DNA of 64,000 nt from a virus (lineage: Duplodnaviria > Caudoviricetes): positions 32,001-96,000 of the IMG/VR virus record IMGVR_UViG_3300005614_001084; one strand, 5' to 3'. This document shows, piece after piece, positions 36,101-44,588 of this stretch. Position numbers and translations under genes: made by a program. The notes below the pieces were generated by a model, which saw only the letters and a list, made by a program, of their open reading frames with translations, was not told where the DNA came from and searched no databases. Numbering within the stretch: the stretch's first letter is position 1; every line of letters begins with the position of its first letter.

Positions 36101-36686
36101 CCGAGCTGAACGGACTGCGGCGCAGCTCGCCGCCCATCATCGATCCGATCTGACCCATCTGCTGCTGGCTGAAGCCGCGCCCGAAGGCGCCCTGCCCGCC
36201 CATGAACTGGAAGTTGTTGCGGAGCGTTGAGTTCAAGGCCGCCTGCTCGTGCATGCCTCCGGCGAACGCTCCTCCATAGACCTGAGCCGCTTGGCCCGCA
36301 GCGTAGAGCGGCAGACCCATCGCGGCCCCGCCCACGGCACCCATCGCGGCCCCGCCCATTCCGAAGCGGGCTCCCATCATCGCACCGCTGAACGGATCCA
36401 TCGGGATAGGCGCGAAAGCGCTCATCATACCGAGCCCAGCCATGCCGACGCCCATTGCGGTCGTGCCCAGGTTTCCCATGCGGGCCGCGACCTGCTCCCC
36501 GTACATCCCACCCATACCTCCACGCATCGCGCCGATCGCGCTGAGCTGGGGCATCTGGGGCGCACCCATCATCGGCATCTGGCCGCCGCCCATGCCGATC
36601 TGCTGGGCATAACCGCCATAGCCGGCGAACATGCCCATCTGCTGGCCCACCATGCCAGAGATCATCGCGGATGTGTACACAGTCAT
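33120..36686 (-). CDS. Tape-measure-like protein (1188 aa, Gly/Met/Ala-rich)
   Basis: Long, helical, G/A/M/Q/R-rich with hydrophobic GM-rich N-terminus; heads the tail/baseplate series. Confidence 0.65.
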   Translation of the reverse strand: MTVYTSAMISGMVGQQMGMFAGYGGYAQQIGMGGGQMPMMGAPQMPQLSAIGAMRGGMGGMYGEQVAARMGNLGTTAMGVGMAGLGMMSAFAPIPMDPFSGAMMGARFGMGGAAMGAVGGAAMGLPLYAAGQAAQVYGGAFAGGMHEQAALNSTLRNNFQFMGGQGAFGRGFSQQQMGQIGSMMGGELRRSPFSSAQEMTSLVQGGADSGMFTAVRDVQQFTQRFRTMLNTLRDVQRELGGTLTDALQFVRGAQQSGIFRSSDQSNFAAEVRSAEAVTGMDRQSLIALSAQGSQISRGFGGLGRQGAMGALRGAQTLGAALSSGAINQEMLSEATGGLQGPEAIAAFTTNMLQRAGQFSRTGMGRYSLFAMSNANGTGLDQDMMQRMMSGDLTTGEVSRAAHGRVGGMGRARALNREGMLRGAVMEQGGMAAQIGMMRLMVGDRVLDQGDDLASLVLQRRFHMDRPQSEMMMSLMRNQGAIASSESIDRMASGRQQALSQDISENRSFDGFMRHLEHGMSDTMGVTRARELGRSFLTRISSLAERTMNDVLGVTASSMTTEDRRAMARMSIGQASQSDMDRLSVGSGVSGAGVSGSQAFGTPLAQRMLRGLGIETGYMSVGESLTARGVRGVRGMGASQLMEAVDSAQMARSGAVFGADANQLQRLSADANATRRDIMNAQVMAAAGGNASNFYQYMNGGASANAVDAFMAQNGMRVGGVSPTRAGLANARGGGDTLGGMGRDIMRMLGMGSGQMEQIMTPADQAASFITGGGHLAERLGREAGGPGASMDEAGARETQAALLRRSGYSEADIERSLGRRAAGGGAAAAMQLQGLRGVSEEAVRSVGGSDMFTRRIRRMSGMSGDRAGQQAELELLRQDVMAQGGAYADEGSAEGRAARSMIQQMEENIRSGGGIGSEFERFGIDEGRQRELIEGRLSTGADYSRLARRLGDTSMGRQFGALAGRFRDLSQSGSSLNTAAQDTMMQLARMDTSSAEYRALSESLGGDEFGREVLGAGAGIRQQVRALTGGGRRGGAQSAETALGMLTGNSFSEAGITVGGRQVDARRAMAILQRGGAGADEVARQLQTHLSGMGVSGSGDLVSQFRSMAGGGFSQSEAEQLIRMTTTGAAGGRLSEVQREAVMRQQQSRDPVAYQSMQHLGSAVELLRTISGQLPQVSGGVATGEPGD

Positions 36687-36721
36687 CGCAGGTGTTAGCG
36701 TACCCGAATCCCCTGACTTCG

Positions 36722-36730
36722 CCTATCAGC
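36722..36730 (+). promoter_or_regulatory. CCTATCAGC promoter-like motif
   Basis: Upstream of AAGGAGG and ATG 36747. Confidence 0.55.
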
Positions 36731-36746
36731 TCTCGAAGGAGGATCC

Positions 36747-37100
36747 ATGTCCCAGGACAATCGATGGAAGTGCCCGAAGTGCGACAAGATGAACATGCCG
36801 ACGAACCTCGCGTGCAGCGAGTGTGCGACCGCCAACCCGCAGGTGCAGCAGACCGGCGGGGTCGTGCTGGTGCCGAGGATCGGCAACGTGCAGGCGTACG
36901 TCACGCTCGAAGGCGACGGCATCCAGCGTCAGCCCTACGCAAAGTTCGGCCGGATCAAGGTCGGTGAGGATCCGCGTCCACTCAACCTCTTCAACATGGA
37001 GGAGGTTGCGGCGCTGCACGCTCTCACCGAGCAGGTCTTGCGTGAGGCGTACAGGATGCAAACGATCGTCGTGCCCGCGCTGATGGAGGAAAAGGGATGA
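36747..37100 (+). CDS. RanBP2-type zinc finger protein
   Basis: W-x-C-x2-C-x3-N-x6-C-x2-C: WKCPKCDKMNMPTNLACSEC. Confidence 0.65.
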   Translation: MSQDNRWKCPKCDKMNMPTNLACSECATANPQVQQTGGVVLVPRIGNVQAYVTLEGDGIQRQPYAKFGRIKVGEDPRPLNLFNMEEVAALHALTEQVLREAYRMQTIVVPALMEEKG

Positions 37101-37855
37101 ATCACGTCAACGTGATCGTGCTGTTCGGCGTGAAGGGCAGTGGCAAAGACACCGTCGGCCACTACCTGCACAACGAGCACAACTTCGCTCCCGACAGCTT
37201 CGCCTCGCCGCTGAAGAAGATGGTGAAGCTGGCGTTCCCCGACTTCACCGAGGTCGATCTCTACGGGCCCAGCGCAGGACGCGAGCGTCAGTACGCGCAG
37301 TACCCGAAGACCGACGACTGCCTGAAGTGCGGATCGGTTCTATTCGATAACGCTAAGTCGCCTATCGGAGCTGAGTTGATCTGTACAGCCTGCGGTTCCA
37401 CCTACCCGTACGACGTGAACCCAAGGATCGCACTACAAACGCTGGGCACCGAGTGGGGGCGTCGCCTCTACAAAGACATATGGGTCGACGCCGCGGTGCA
37501 GCGCGTCAGAGCCGAACGCCTGGACTGGCGCAAGCGGCTGTTCGGTCGTAACCAGACCTACTTCCCTCCACCCGGCTTCGCGATCGAGTTCGAGAACGAG
37601 CCGAAGTTCGTCTTCACGGACGGGCGCTTCGCCAACGAGCAGGTGCGATGCGCCGAGATGGGCGCGACAACCGTGCTACTCCTGCGGAAGCTGGAGGAGT
37701 CGGAAGACACCCACGCCAGCGAGGCCGAGCTGAAGACGATCCCGCGCGAGAAGTTCGACTACGTCCTCGACAACCGCGGCACGCTCGAAGAGCTGCCGAG
37801 CAAGATCGAGGAGATGCTCAAGGCCCTGCGAGATCCGGGCCCACCTCACCTATAA
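37097..37855 (+). CDS. Deoxynucleoside monophosphate kinase with Zn-ribbon insertion
   Basis: GVKGSGKDT P-loop, SFASPLK, PRIALQTLGTEWGR, FTDGRFANE, HASE. Confidence 0.9.
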   Translation: MNHVNVIVLFGVKGSGKDTVGHYLHNEHNFAPDSFASPLKKMVKLAFPDFTEVDLYGPSAGRERQYAQYPKTDDCLKCGSVLFDNAKSPIGAELICTACGSTYPYDVNPRIALQTLGTEWGRRLYKDIWVDAAVQRVRAERLDWRKRLFGRNQTYFPPPGFAIEFENEPKFVFTDGRFANEQVRCAEMGATTVLLLRKLEESEDTHASEAELKTIPREKFDYVLDNRGTLEELPSKIEEMLKALRDPGPPHL

Positions 37856-37968
37856 GCAAGTGAGAGGCGCATCCTCCTTCGTGTTCTCTCCCCACCGTGA
37901 ACCCGCAACGCAGGTATCCAGCCATGGGTGCCTGCGTTGCGGGGCACGGCCTATTCGTTTGGAGATCT

Positions 37969-38628
37969 ATGAGCATCACGTTCGCCAAGACCGTCCACCG
38001 GACGAACCCCAGCCTCCTCGCCGAAGGCTCGCCCCGGCCCGAGCCGCTGGTGTTCAAGAAACAGCGCGGCAACGCGTACGAAGACGACTACGAGGACGAG
38101 TACGGGCTGTGGAAGCACGAGCATCCGATCATGGCTGAGGGTCCGATCTGGCTCTACATCATGACGTACGAATGGCCGAGCGAGAGGTTCGAGAAGCCGC
38201 GACATCGCTGGGCTTCCGATCTCATCGCGGTGTCGCCCTTCTTCGCCACCGACACCTCCATCATCAGCGCGATGAACAGCATGGGCGACTATCTCGAAGA
38301 GAGCTGGGACGGCCTCAATGATGCGGGGAAGGAGGCCGCGATCTGCGAGATGCTGATCGACTACGGCGTCAAACTCACCGTCATCACGAAGACCAGCACA
38401 AGAGCAAAGGGTCCGTTCAAGGGCTGCGCGGTCGAGGCTTCAGTCGCCAGCTTCCTGTGGGGCTTCGTCGCCGACCGTCAGGTCAACGCCATCGGCAGTT
38501 CGGGCTGGGACTTCCTGAGTGGAGACCTCGGGCTCGGCGAGCACAAGAAGACGCCCGATGGCTTCCAAGTCAAGGTGATCGACTGGTTGAACAACCGCTA
38601 CCCAGATCGTAAGGAGCATCACACGTGA
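37969..38628 (+). CDS. Hypothetical protein (start MSITFAK)
   Basis: GGAG RBS; CCTATAAGC motif upstream at 37849. Confidence 0.6.
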   Translation: MSITFAKTVHRTNPSLLAEGSPRPEPLVFKKQRGNAYEDDYEDEYGLWKHEHPIMAEGPIWLYIMTYEWPSERFEKPRHRWASDLIAVSPFFATDTSIISAMNSMGDYLEESWDGLNDAGKEAAICEMLIDYGVKLTVITKTSTRAKGPFKGCAVEASVASFLWGFVADRQVNAIGSSGWDFLSGDLGLGEHKKTPDGFQVKVIDWLNNRYPDRKEHHT

Positions 38629-38939
38629 AAAAGGAACCGCCTCCTCTGAGCCAGTGGCAGCTTCTGCGAGCGAACCAGCTCGCGCTGAACAAGGAGGGAA
38701 TCGCGCTGCACGCCGGATACTTCGGTGATCGCCCCGCCGCCTACCTCTGCGCCGTAGTACCGGAGAAGGGTGGAGGCGTCCGGCTCGATCCCATAGCGTT
38801 ACTGCTCGACGAGACCATCATCGAGGAGTTCCGCACGAAGCTCGCCAGCATGGTGGGCCACGAGCTGGAGAGCCCACACACCCACGTGCTCCGCGACTCC
38901 GAAGACATGAAAGACCACGACCCCGAGGAGCCCAACTGA
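38625..38939 (+). CDS. Hypothetical protein
   Basis: GTGA overlap, AAGGAG RBS. Confidence 0.6.
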   Translation: MKKEPPPLSQWQLLRANQLALNKEGIALHAGYFGDRPAAYLCAVVPEKGGGVRLDPIALLLDETIIEEFRTKLASMVGHELESPHTHVLRDSEDMKDHDPEEPN

Positions 38940-39163
38940 TGATCGCACATCTCACACCAGCCTACGGCAAGGACTACCGCGCCAAGCGAGAGATCGTCAG
39001 CACACTGAAGGGCGGTGGCGATTTCATCCTGAACGATCCCAGCTCACGCTGGAACAACCGACCGATCAATCTGCCGCAGCTTAAAGAAGCCGGCTACACC
39101 AGCGTGACCGTACGCTTCAACAAGCTGAAGCGCGTCACCTCCGTCACGCTGAGCAAGCTGTGA
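38939..39163 (+). CDS. Hypothetical protein
   Basis: TGATG overlap. Confidence 0.6.
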   Translation: MIAHLTPAYGKDYRAKREIVSTLKGGGDFILNDPSSRWNNRPINLPQLKEAGYTSVTVRFNKLKRVTSVTLSKL

Positions 39164-39303
39164 GCTACGGCGGCGACGTTGGAGAAGAGTGCGCGTGCTG
39201 TCACCAGATCATCAAGCTGGATTACGACGGCACCTACGAATGTGCCTGCACCGCGGGCGAATGCGACAACTGCTGCAACGATCACAGCGAGGAAGAACAA
39301 TGA
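39160..39303 (+). CDS. 47-aa Cys-rich acidic microprotein (not in ORF track)
   Basis: MSYGGDVGEECACCHQIIKLDYDGTYECACTAGECDNCCNDHSEEEQ; GTGA and ATGA overlaps at both ends. Confidence 0.6.
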   Translation: MSYGGDVGEECACCHQIIKLDYDGTYECACTAGECDNCCNDHSEEEQ

Positions 39304-39623
39304 GCTGGATCAGGCTCCGCGAAGTGAATCAGTGGAACGTGATCAGCTACTCGGAATCGACGGTTCTGACGCGAACCCTCAACGGCCACGGCCTCATCAA
39401 GCTCGAAGAGCGTTCGATGCCGGTACGATGGCCCGACGGCACGACTGAGTACATCGATCTCAAGAGCGTCAAGACCCAGGTCGACACGTACGACATGGGG
39501 TCGACCCACAAAACCGAGCAGACCCGCTTCGGTTTCTGGACCAAGGTCCACGGCCTGCTGCTCTGGGTCGACATCTGCGGAGTCGAGGTGCGCACCGATT
39601 ACCTCGGCAGGAACGAGCCGTGA
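39300..39623 (+). CDS. Hypothetical protein (start MSWIRL)
   Basis: Overlap-coupled on both sides. Confidence 0.6.
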   Translation: MSWIRLREVNQWNVISYSESTVLTRTLNGHGLIKLEERSMPVRWPDGTTEYIDLKSVKTQVDTYDMGSTHKTEQTRFGFWTKVHGLLLWVDICGVEVRTDYLGRNEP

Positions 39624-40213
39624 ACGAGCGCTGCCCCAGCACGACAGTCACCGGCCTGCTCGAAGCTGCGGAGTCGAACTCGATGTTCGACTACTACAGC
39701 GATCGCTGGCGGCAAGACAGCGCATTCGGCCGCGTGGAGTGGGTCGGCACGATGCTAGGCCGCCTGGCGGACCGGAAGCTCGTCGACTGGTCCGGCGACA
39801 TGTCCGACGTTACGATCACCGAACTGGGCAAGAAGTATCTGGCCTGGTTGCGCGGCGGACGCCGTGGGCCCAACCCGTGTAGGAGTTCCGATGAAGCACC
39901 GTTGGTGGAGGTGGCGCGTACGGCGCCACAAGATCACAGTGATCGACAACGAGACGCAACGACTGACCGAGCCAAGATCACGGCTTCGGTGGCAGGCACT
40001 GCGCGTATCGACGGAGGAGTTCATCCTCCACGCCAAGCTCAACGTAGGCTACAACATCCGCCCGCTGATGTTCGTCGTTCGCAAGACCGACAACGCTCGA
40101 AGGCGGGCGCGACGCCGGCTCGTCAGCAGGTGATCAGTGCCAGCGCGCCGGCAGCCAGCCCACGGGGTAGCCGAACAGCGCGGAGAGCAGCCAGAAGCAC
40201 GCCACGACGATGA
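39620..40213 (+). CDS. Hypothetical protein, winged-helix-like N-terminal half
   Basis: LGRLADRKLV...TITELGKKYL; the C-terminal half overlaps another plausible ORF. Confidence 0.5.
   Translation: MNERCPSTTVTGLLEAAESNSMFDYYSDRWRQDSAFGRVEWVGTMLGRLADRKLVDWSGDMSDVTITELGKKYLAWLRGGRRGPNPCRSSDEAPLVEVARTAPQDHSDRQRDATTDRAKITASVAGTARIDGGVHPPRQAQRRLQHPPADVRRSQDRQRSKAGATPARQQVISASAPAASPRGSRTARRAARSTPRR
39891..40133 (+). CDS. Basic hypothetical protein (MKHRWW)
   Basis: AGGAG RBS before ATG 39891. Confidence 0.4.
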   Translation: MKHRWWRWRVRRHKITVIDNETQRLTEPRSRLRWQALRVSTEEFILHAKLNVGYNIRPLMFVVRKTDNARRRARRRLVSR

Positions 40214-40246
40214 TGACGGCTCGCGCAACGCGAGCCATGAGGAACC

Positions 40247-40807
40247 ATGAAGACCATCCTGAAGATCCGTAAGTCCGACGACGTGCTCGACGACACCGCA
40301 TACCCCGTCCGCAGACTCATCATCGAGAACGGACGGATCATCGATCACATCGACGAGAACAAGGAAGCCGCCTACAGCTACATCGGCATGCCTGGCAAGG
40401 GCAGCACGATGCACGACCTCGACATCTGGCTGTCCTACCGCTGCCGGCCCGACGTCCACCCGATGAACTTCCACGAGGCGCAAGAGTTCGGGTTCCACAG
40501 CACCGGAAAGTGGGAGGAGATCAACGATTCCTGGGGCATGATGAACCTGCTGCGCGCGGGTGAGCAACCGGTCGAAGGTCCGGTCGACGATAACGTACCG
40601 GAGAGCAAGATCTGCCGATGCCCCGCACCACACCCCGGCCACGTCCCGGTCCAGCACGTCGAGGGCTGTCACGTCGGCAAGACCATCGCAGCCGTGGGCT
40701 GCTCGTTCTGTGGTGCTAAGGCCGGCCAGCCCTGCGTCGCAGACGGAGGCACCTGGATCATGCCGGGCATCCACAACGCAGTCCGCAAGCTGCCCGAGGA
40801 CGCGTGA
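40247..40807 (+). CDS. Hypothetical protein with C-terminal Zn finger
   Basis: CSFCGAKAGQPC...H motif; GAGG RBS. Confidence 0.6.
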   Translation: MKTILKIRKSDDVLDDTAYPVRRLIIENGRIIDHIDENKEAAYSYIGMPGKGSTMHDLDIWLSYRCRPDVHPMNFHEAQEFGFHSTGKWEEINDSWGMMNLLRAGEQPVEGPVDDNVPESKICRCPAPHPGHVPVQHVEGCHVGKTIAAVGCSFCGAKAGQPCVADGGTWIMPGIHNAVRKLPEDA

Positions 40808-41138
40808 ACGGCAACCCAACGATCGGCAAGACGCCGTCGGGCACTGGCTGGAAGGTCTACGTGATCGGCCAGCCCAACAGCCACTTCTCGGACTGGCGTG
40901 GATCGAACATGCGCATCATCCCGCTGCCCGGTCAGCCCAGTCGCGGCTTCACCTCACGGAGTACGCGCTGGAGCACCTCAACAAGTCGGTGCCGAAGGGC
41001 GAGGACGATCCCGACTATCGACGCTGGCTGAGGCGCTTCGACGGCTCGTTCATGACCGAAGATCGGTTCAAGAGCCTCGAAGAACGGGATGTGGTCTATC
41101 AAGAAGGAACCTGGCGGTTCCGGGAGAAGAAGGCGTGA
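40804..41138 (+). pseudogene. Frameshifted hypothetical gene (-1 shift near 40950)
   Basis: N-half starts with a GTGA overlap at 40804; C-half (LTEYALEHL...FREKKA) is in another frame and ends in a GTGA overlap with the next gene. Confidence 0.55.
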
Positions 41139-41488
41139 AGTTCATCGTCGAGATCGAGCTGGGCAACGACGCGATGCAGACGAACCGGGACGTCTCCAAG
41201 GCGTTGCGTCAGGTCGCCAAGGAGGTCGACCACCAGGGCGCAATGTTCCGCAAGCCCACAGAGTTCAAGATCAGAGACCTCAACGGCAACACCGTAGGAC
41301 GCTACGAAACAGCCGACGAACCCAAGAAACCTGCCCGCGATAGCTACCCATCAATGGGCCAGAACCTACAGCTACTGGTTCACGTAGCTACGATCCTGAA
41401 AGACCGCCTGAAGGATCAGAGACTGTCTGAGCTATTCCAGCCCGAGGAGCTGGAGAGCCTCCACAAGATCAGCGCTTGGGCAAAGTGA
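41135..41488 (+). CDS. Hypothetical protein (start MKFIVEIEL)
   Basis: NDAM...IRDLNGNTVG small phage protein pattern. Confidence 0.6.
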   Translation: MKFIVEIELGNDAMQTNRDVSKALRQVAKEVDHQGAMFRKPTEFKIRDLNGNTVGRYETADEPKKPARDSYPSMGQNLQLLVHVATILKDRLKDQRLSELFQPEELESLHKISAWAK

Positions 41489-41518
41489 AGAAGGGGACCT
41501 CGCGGTCCCCTTTCTTTT
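41488..41518 (+). terminator. Rho-independent terminator, probably bidirectional
   Basis: AAGGGGACC-TCGC-GGTCCCCTT followed by TCTTTT, between convergent operons. Confidence 0.8.
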
Positions 41519-41522
41519 GCCC

Positions 41523-41810
41523 TCAGTCGTCTTCCTCGACTTCGATTTTGGTCTCGCCTCGCAGCGCCGACTGATGCTTCGGCTTCTTCATCACGTGCGA
41601 CATGTAACGCTGCACGATCGTCTTGCACTGCTGGCAAAGAAACGAGAACTCCACGATGTTCTTGTCGTCCATCTGGACCACGAGGCTCTTCGGCGGATCC
41701 GGGATCTTGCCGCCTCTCGCCATCTTCACGACTTCGTCGAGGCTTACCTCCGCCTCGTCCTCTCGCGGACAGCGCGTGCACTGCCGCTTGATCGCCAGGG
41801 TCGCGTTCAC
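41523..41810 (-). CDS. Zn-binding hypothetical protein
   Basis: CTRC...CQQC. Confidence 0.6.
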   Translation of the reverse strand: MNATLAIKRQCTRCPREDEAEVSLDEVVKMARGGKIPDPPKSLVVQMDDKNIVEFSFLCQQCKTIVQRYMSHVMKKPKHQSALRGETKIEVEEDD

Positions 41811-42025
41811 GGCTGCTTCTCCGTGGCCAGGTACATGATGTAGGTCTTCACGATGGCTCGTTCGATGTTGATCAGAGGGGAGGGGTTCGTACTGCCGTTG
41901 GTGCGCTGGCGCTCGATGAACCAGCGCTCGAACTTGGCGATCTCGCCGTTGAGCAGCTCATCAGCTCTTTCCGGCGGGAGCTGCTGCGGGAGCGGGCGGA
42001 TTTTGATTTCGATCTCCAGGTCCAC
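41807..42025 (-). CDS. Hypothetical protein
   Basis: AAGGAG RBS, GTGA overlap. Confidence 0.55.
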   Translation of the reverse strand: MDLEIEIKIRPLPQQLPPERADELLNGEIAKFERWFIERQRTNGSTNPSPLINIERAIVKTYIMYLATEKQP

Positions 42026-42437
42026 TGGGGCTCTCCTTCGCTACGGGCTTCACGTGACCGTTGCCGTTCGTCTTGGCAGCCGGGGCAGCCGGCTTGGCCT
42101 CGGTCTTCTGCGGTTCTGCCTTCGGCTCCGCAGCGGACGTGACCACCGTCGGAGTGGCGGGCACGACCGGCTCTTTCAGCAGCTCGGCGATGGGAGTGTT
42201 CTCCAGCCGCGTCAGCGAGGTCTGTAGCCCGTCCATGTACTCGACCAGGTCGGCCGAGGTCATCTCGATGTGGTCCGCCGGTACGCGGCCGTGGTCGCTC
42301 CTGGTGACGAACATCTCCGCCATGCCGCCATCGGCCGGCATGTAGTTCGTCTTCAGGTAGAGGACGAGCATCTTCGCCACCGCGATCTTCGACCGCAGTT
42401 CCGAGATCTGCCCGTTGATTTCGCCGACGGTTGCCAT
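41961..42437 (-). CDS. Hypothetical protein with Pro/Ala/Lys-rich tail
   Basis: ORF in operon. Confidence 0.6.
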   Translation of the reverse strand: MATVGEINGQISELRSKIAVAKMLVLYLKTNYMPADGGMAEMFVTRSDHGRVPADHIEMTSADLVEYMDGLQTSLTRLENTPIAELLKEPVVPATPTVVTSAAEPKAEPQKTEAKPAAPAAKTNGNGHVKPVAKESPSGPGDRNQNPPAPAAAPAGKS

Positions 42438-42439
42438 GG

Positions 42440-43126
42440 CTATGTGCTGAGGAAGGACCGAATACGGCCCTGTAGATCAGCTCCTGCTCCTGTGTCCTTG
42501 AGGATGTTCTTCAGCGGATAGATCGCCCACTTGCGGTCCACCCGAGCCTGGTCCAGTCGGTCGCCGGCTTGCGCGCCCGTCGCCTTGAGGATGTCCTCGG
42601 TGCGGCTGTGGATGTTGGACTCGAACAGGCCCCGACGGATGTCGCAGTTGCCGTCGAGGTTCAACCACATCCGCATCACGAGGCCTGCCCAACCCTGGAG
42701 CGTGAGGTGTCCGCCGACCTGGCCTGCGAGGTCCTTGGGGCTGACGGCGCGCTTGCAGCGCGGGCACAGCGCCGCCGTCTTCGAGACCCAGCGAAGGTCC
42801 AGCGGGCCCGAGCATGTTCGTCGAGCCCCGTTCTTCTCGACGAGGTTCGGGCAGAAGTACACCACGGCGTCTCCGCCACCCGTGGCCTGGCCCATGTTCT
42901 TCCACGCCGTGATCATGCCGGGGAACGCCTCGTTCACCTTGCGGCCCAAGAAGACCACTTCCAGCTTGTACTCCGCCTGGACCTGATCGAGCTGCGCCTC
43001 TTTGAACAGCGCGTCGAGCTTGCTCTGGACCTCGGCTTCGATGTGGAGATCGTCGGCGCCCTCGGCGTAATCGACCACCCCGTGCGGGACACGGCTCTTT
43101 CCGTCTCGACGTACGAAGTTGTCCAT
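42440..43126 (-). CDS. Zn-binding hypothetical protein (start MDNFVRR)
   Basis: YFCP...C...CPRC; start placed right after the upstream stop. Confidence 0.6.
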   Translation of the reverse strand: MDNFVRRDGKSRVPHGVVDYAEGADDLHIEAEVQSKLDALFKEAQLDQVQAEYKLEVVFLGRKVNEAFPGMITAWKNMGQATGGGDAVVYFCPNLVEKNGARRTCSGPLDLRWVSKTAALCPRCKRAVSPKDLAGQVGGHLTLQGWAGLVMRMWLNLDGNCDIRRGLFESNIHSRTEDILKATGAQAGDRLDQARVDRKWAIYPLKNILKDTGAGADLQGRIRSFLST

Positions 43127-43128
43127 GA

Positions 43129-43563
43129 TCAGCTCTTGGTCGAGGTGGCGACGGCGAGGGCCTTGCTCGCGGTACCGGCGTCGTGTGCCCCCATCATCTT
43201 CCCGCTCGCGGGATCGAAGGGGTAGTCCTTGCGCCCGACCAGCGGCTGCGACACCACCTCGACCGAGGACTGCACGGCGCGGACTGCTGCGGCGCCCAGG
43301 GCTTCCGACGCCGCCTTGACGTCGTTCTGAAGCACGACACGCCACAGGAAGCGGATGTTGTTGGTCTGATCGACGTAGAACCACTTGCTGACGTCGGTGC
43401 TCCACGGCTGTCCCACCGAGGCCAGCAAGAACTCGCTCATGGTCTCGTTCCAGAAGCTGTCCTTGGCGACGCGCAGGAGAACGATGACACGCCCGGGTGC
43501 CGTCTCGGTCTTCGCGATCGAAATGCCGGCACGCTGAAGAAGCTTGTTGAGGGCGATGGCCAT
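43129..43563 (-). CDS. Hypothetical protein
   Basis: GGGAG RBS. Confidence 0.6.
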   Translation of the reverse strand: MAIALNKLLQRAGISIAKTETAPGRVIVLLRVAKDSFWNETMSEFLLASVGQPWSTDVSKWFYVDQTNNIRFLWRVVLQNDVKAASEALGAAAVRAVQSSVEVVSQPLVGRKDYPFDPASGKMMGAHDAGTASKALAVATSTKS

Positions 43564-43565
43564 GA

Positions 43566-44078
43566 TCAGACTCCCATGTCGATGATGACGCCGAACGTCG
43601 CGTCGTTGAAGTAGATCGTCGGACCGCCGAGAACGAGAAGCTTGTCGGGGTACTTCTCGTTCTCGTGGTAGCTCACGTTCATGCCGAGGAACGTATCGGG
43701 CTGCGAATGCTCCTCGATCCCGAAGTAGTCGGCGAAGATGTCTCCGGCCGGCGCCAGGATGCCGCAGACGCGCAGACGTTCGTTGCTGATCGTCTTGGTG
43801 GCGAGCCCGAGGTTGAGGTAGGGGTGGGAGTCGGGCTTGAACTCCTGAGTCAGCAGGCGGATCTTGCCCATGAGGAACTCCAGATCGACGTCGATCTTCG
43901 TCTCGGTCTTCGGCAGCACCGGCGAATCGTCCTCGTCCTCCATCAGCCGCGAGACGATGAACTCCTCGGGCGTGACCTCGACCTTCTGGATGCCGCTGAG
44001 CTGCATCACGCGCTTGAACAGCGACACGACACGCTCCACGCCCTTGGGCAGCGGCTCGTTGTGGACCCGCAGCTTCAT
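43566..44078 (-). CDS. Hypothetical protein (start MKLRVH)
   Basis: ATGA overlap with the RHH gene. Confidence 0.6.
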   Translation of the reverse strand: MKLRVHNEPLPKGVERVVSLFKRVMQLSGIQKVEVTPEEFIVSRLMEDEDDSPVLPKTETKIDVDLEFLMGKIRLLTQEFKPDSHPYLNLGLATKTISNERLRVCGILAPAGDIFADYFGIEEHSQPDTFLGMNVSYHENEKYPDKLLVLGGPTIYFNDATFGVIIDMGV

Positions 44079-44269
44079 CGATTCCCCGCGATCGTCTTCA
44101 TGATCTTGCTTCCGTGCTCTTTGATGTGGCGCATGTAGTGCGCCATGGCGTCGTTGATGACGCCGCTCTGCCCCCGAGGATGGTGTGCCGCCTGCTCGCG
44201 GATGAACTCGTGCAGATCGGGCAAGAACCGCACGGTCGTCGGAGGCGTCTTCTTGTCTCCACGGGGCAT
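44075..44269 (-). CDS. Ribbon-helix-helix (CopG/Arc-like) transcriptional regulator
   Basis: TTVRF beta strand, PDLHEFIREQA helix, SGVINDAMAHY helix; operator-like repeats directly upstream. Confidence 0.65.
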   Translation of the reverse strand: MPRGDKKTPPTTVRFLPDLHEFIREQAAHHPRGQSGVINDAMAHYMRHIKEHGSKIMKTIAGNR

Positions 44270-44301
44270 GTGTATTCGTAGGAATACAAGGAATACACAT
44301 G
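44267..44301. promoter_or_regulatory. Operator-like inverted and direct repeats
   Basis: CATGTGTATTC(44267-77)...GAATACACATG(44291-301) perfect 11-bp inverted repeat with an extra GAATACA at 44282. Confidence 0.7.
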
Positions 44302-44309
44302 ACCGTCAA

Positions 44310-44588
44310 CTACGTCGGTGCGGCGCCCGTAGGCTCGCGCAGGTTCTGGAGCCCGGCGAGGTAGTCCTTGAGCCCGGGGAAGGCGGGGAAGAGGGCCTGG
44401 AGGCGCACCAGCACCCATTCGTGCATCGCTTCGAGGTCGTGGTCGGCGGTGGTGACGCCTTGAAGCAGCACGGCGTCCCGCAGCTCGCGCTCCAACTCGG
44501 TCTTGAGCCGGGGGTTCACCGCCAGCCAGTACGGCAGCCAGGTCCACCGAATCTCCAACGCGCCATCTCTGATCTGAACGAGCCTCAT
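44310..44588 (-). CDS. Hypothetical protein (start MRLVQI)
   Basis: ATGA overlap. Confidence 0.55.
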   Translation of the reverse strand: MRLVQIRDGALEIRWTWLPYWLAVNPRLKTELERELRDAVLLQGVTTADHDLEAMHEWVLVRLQALFPAFPGLKDYLAGLQNLREPTGAAPT

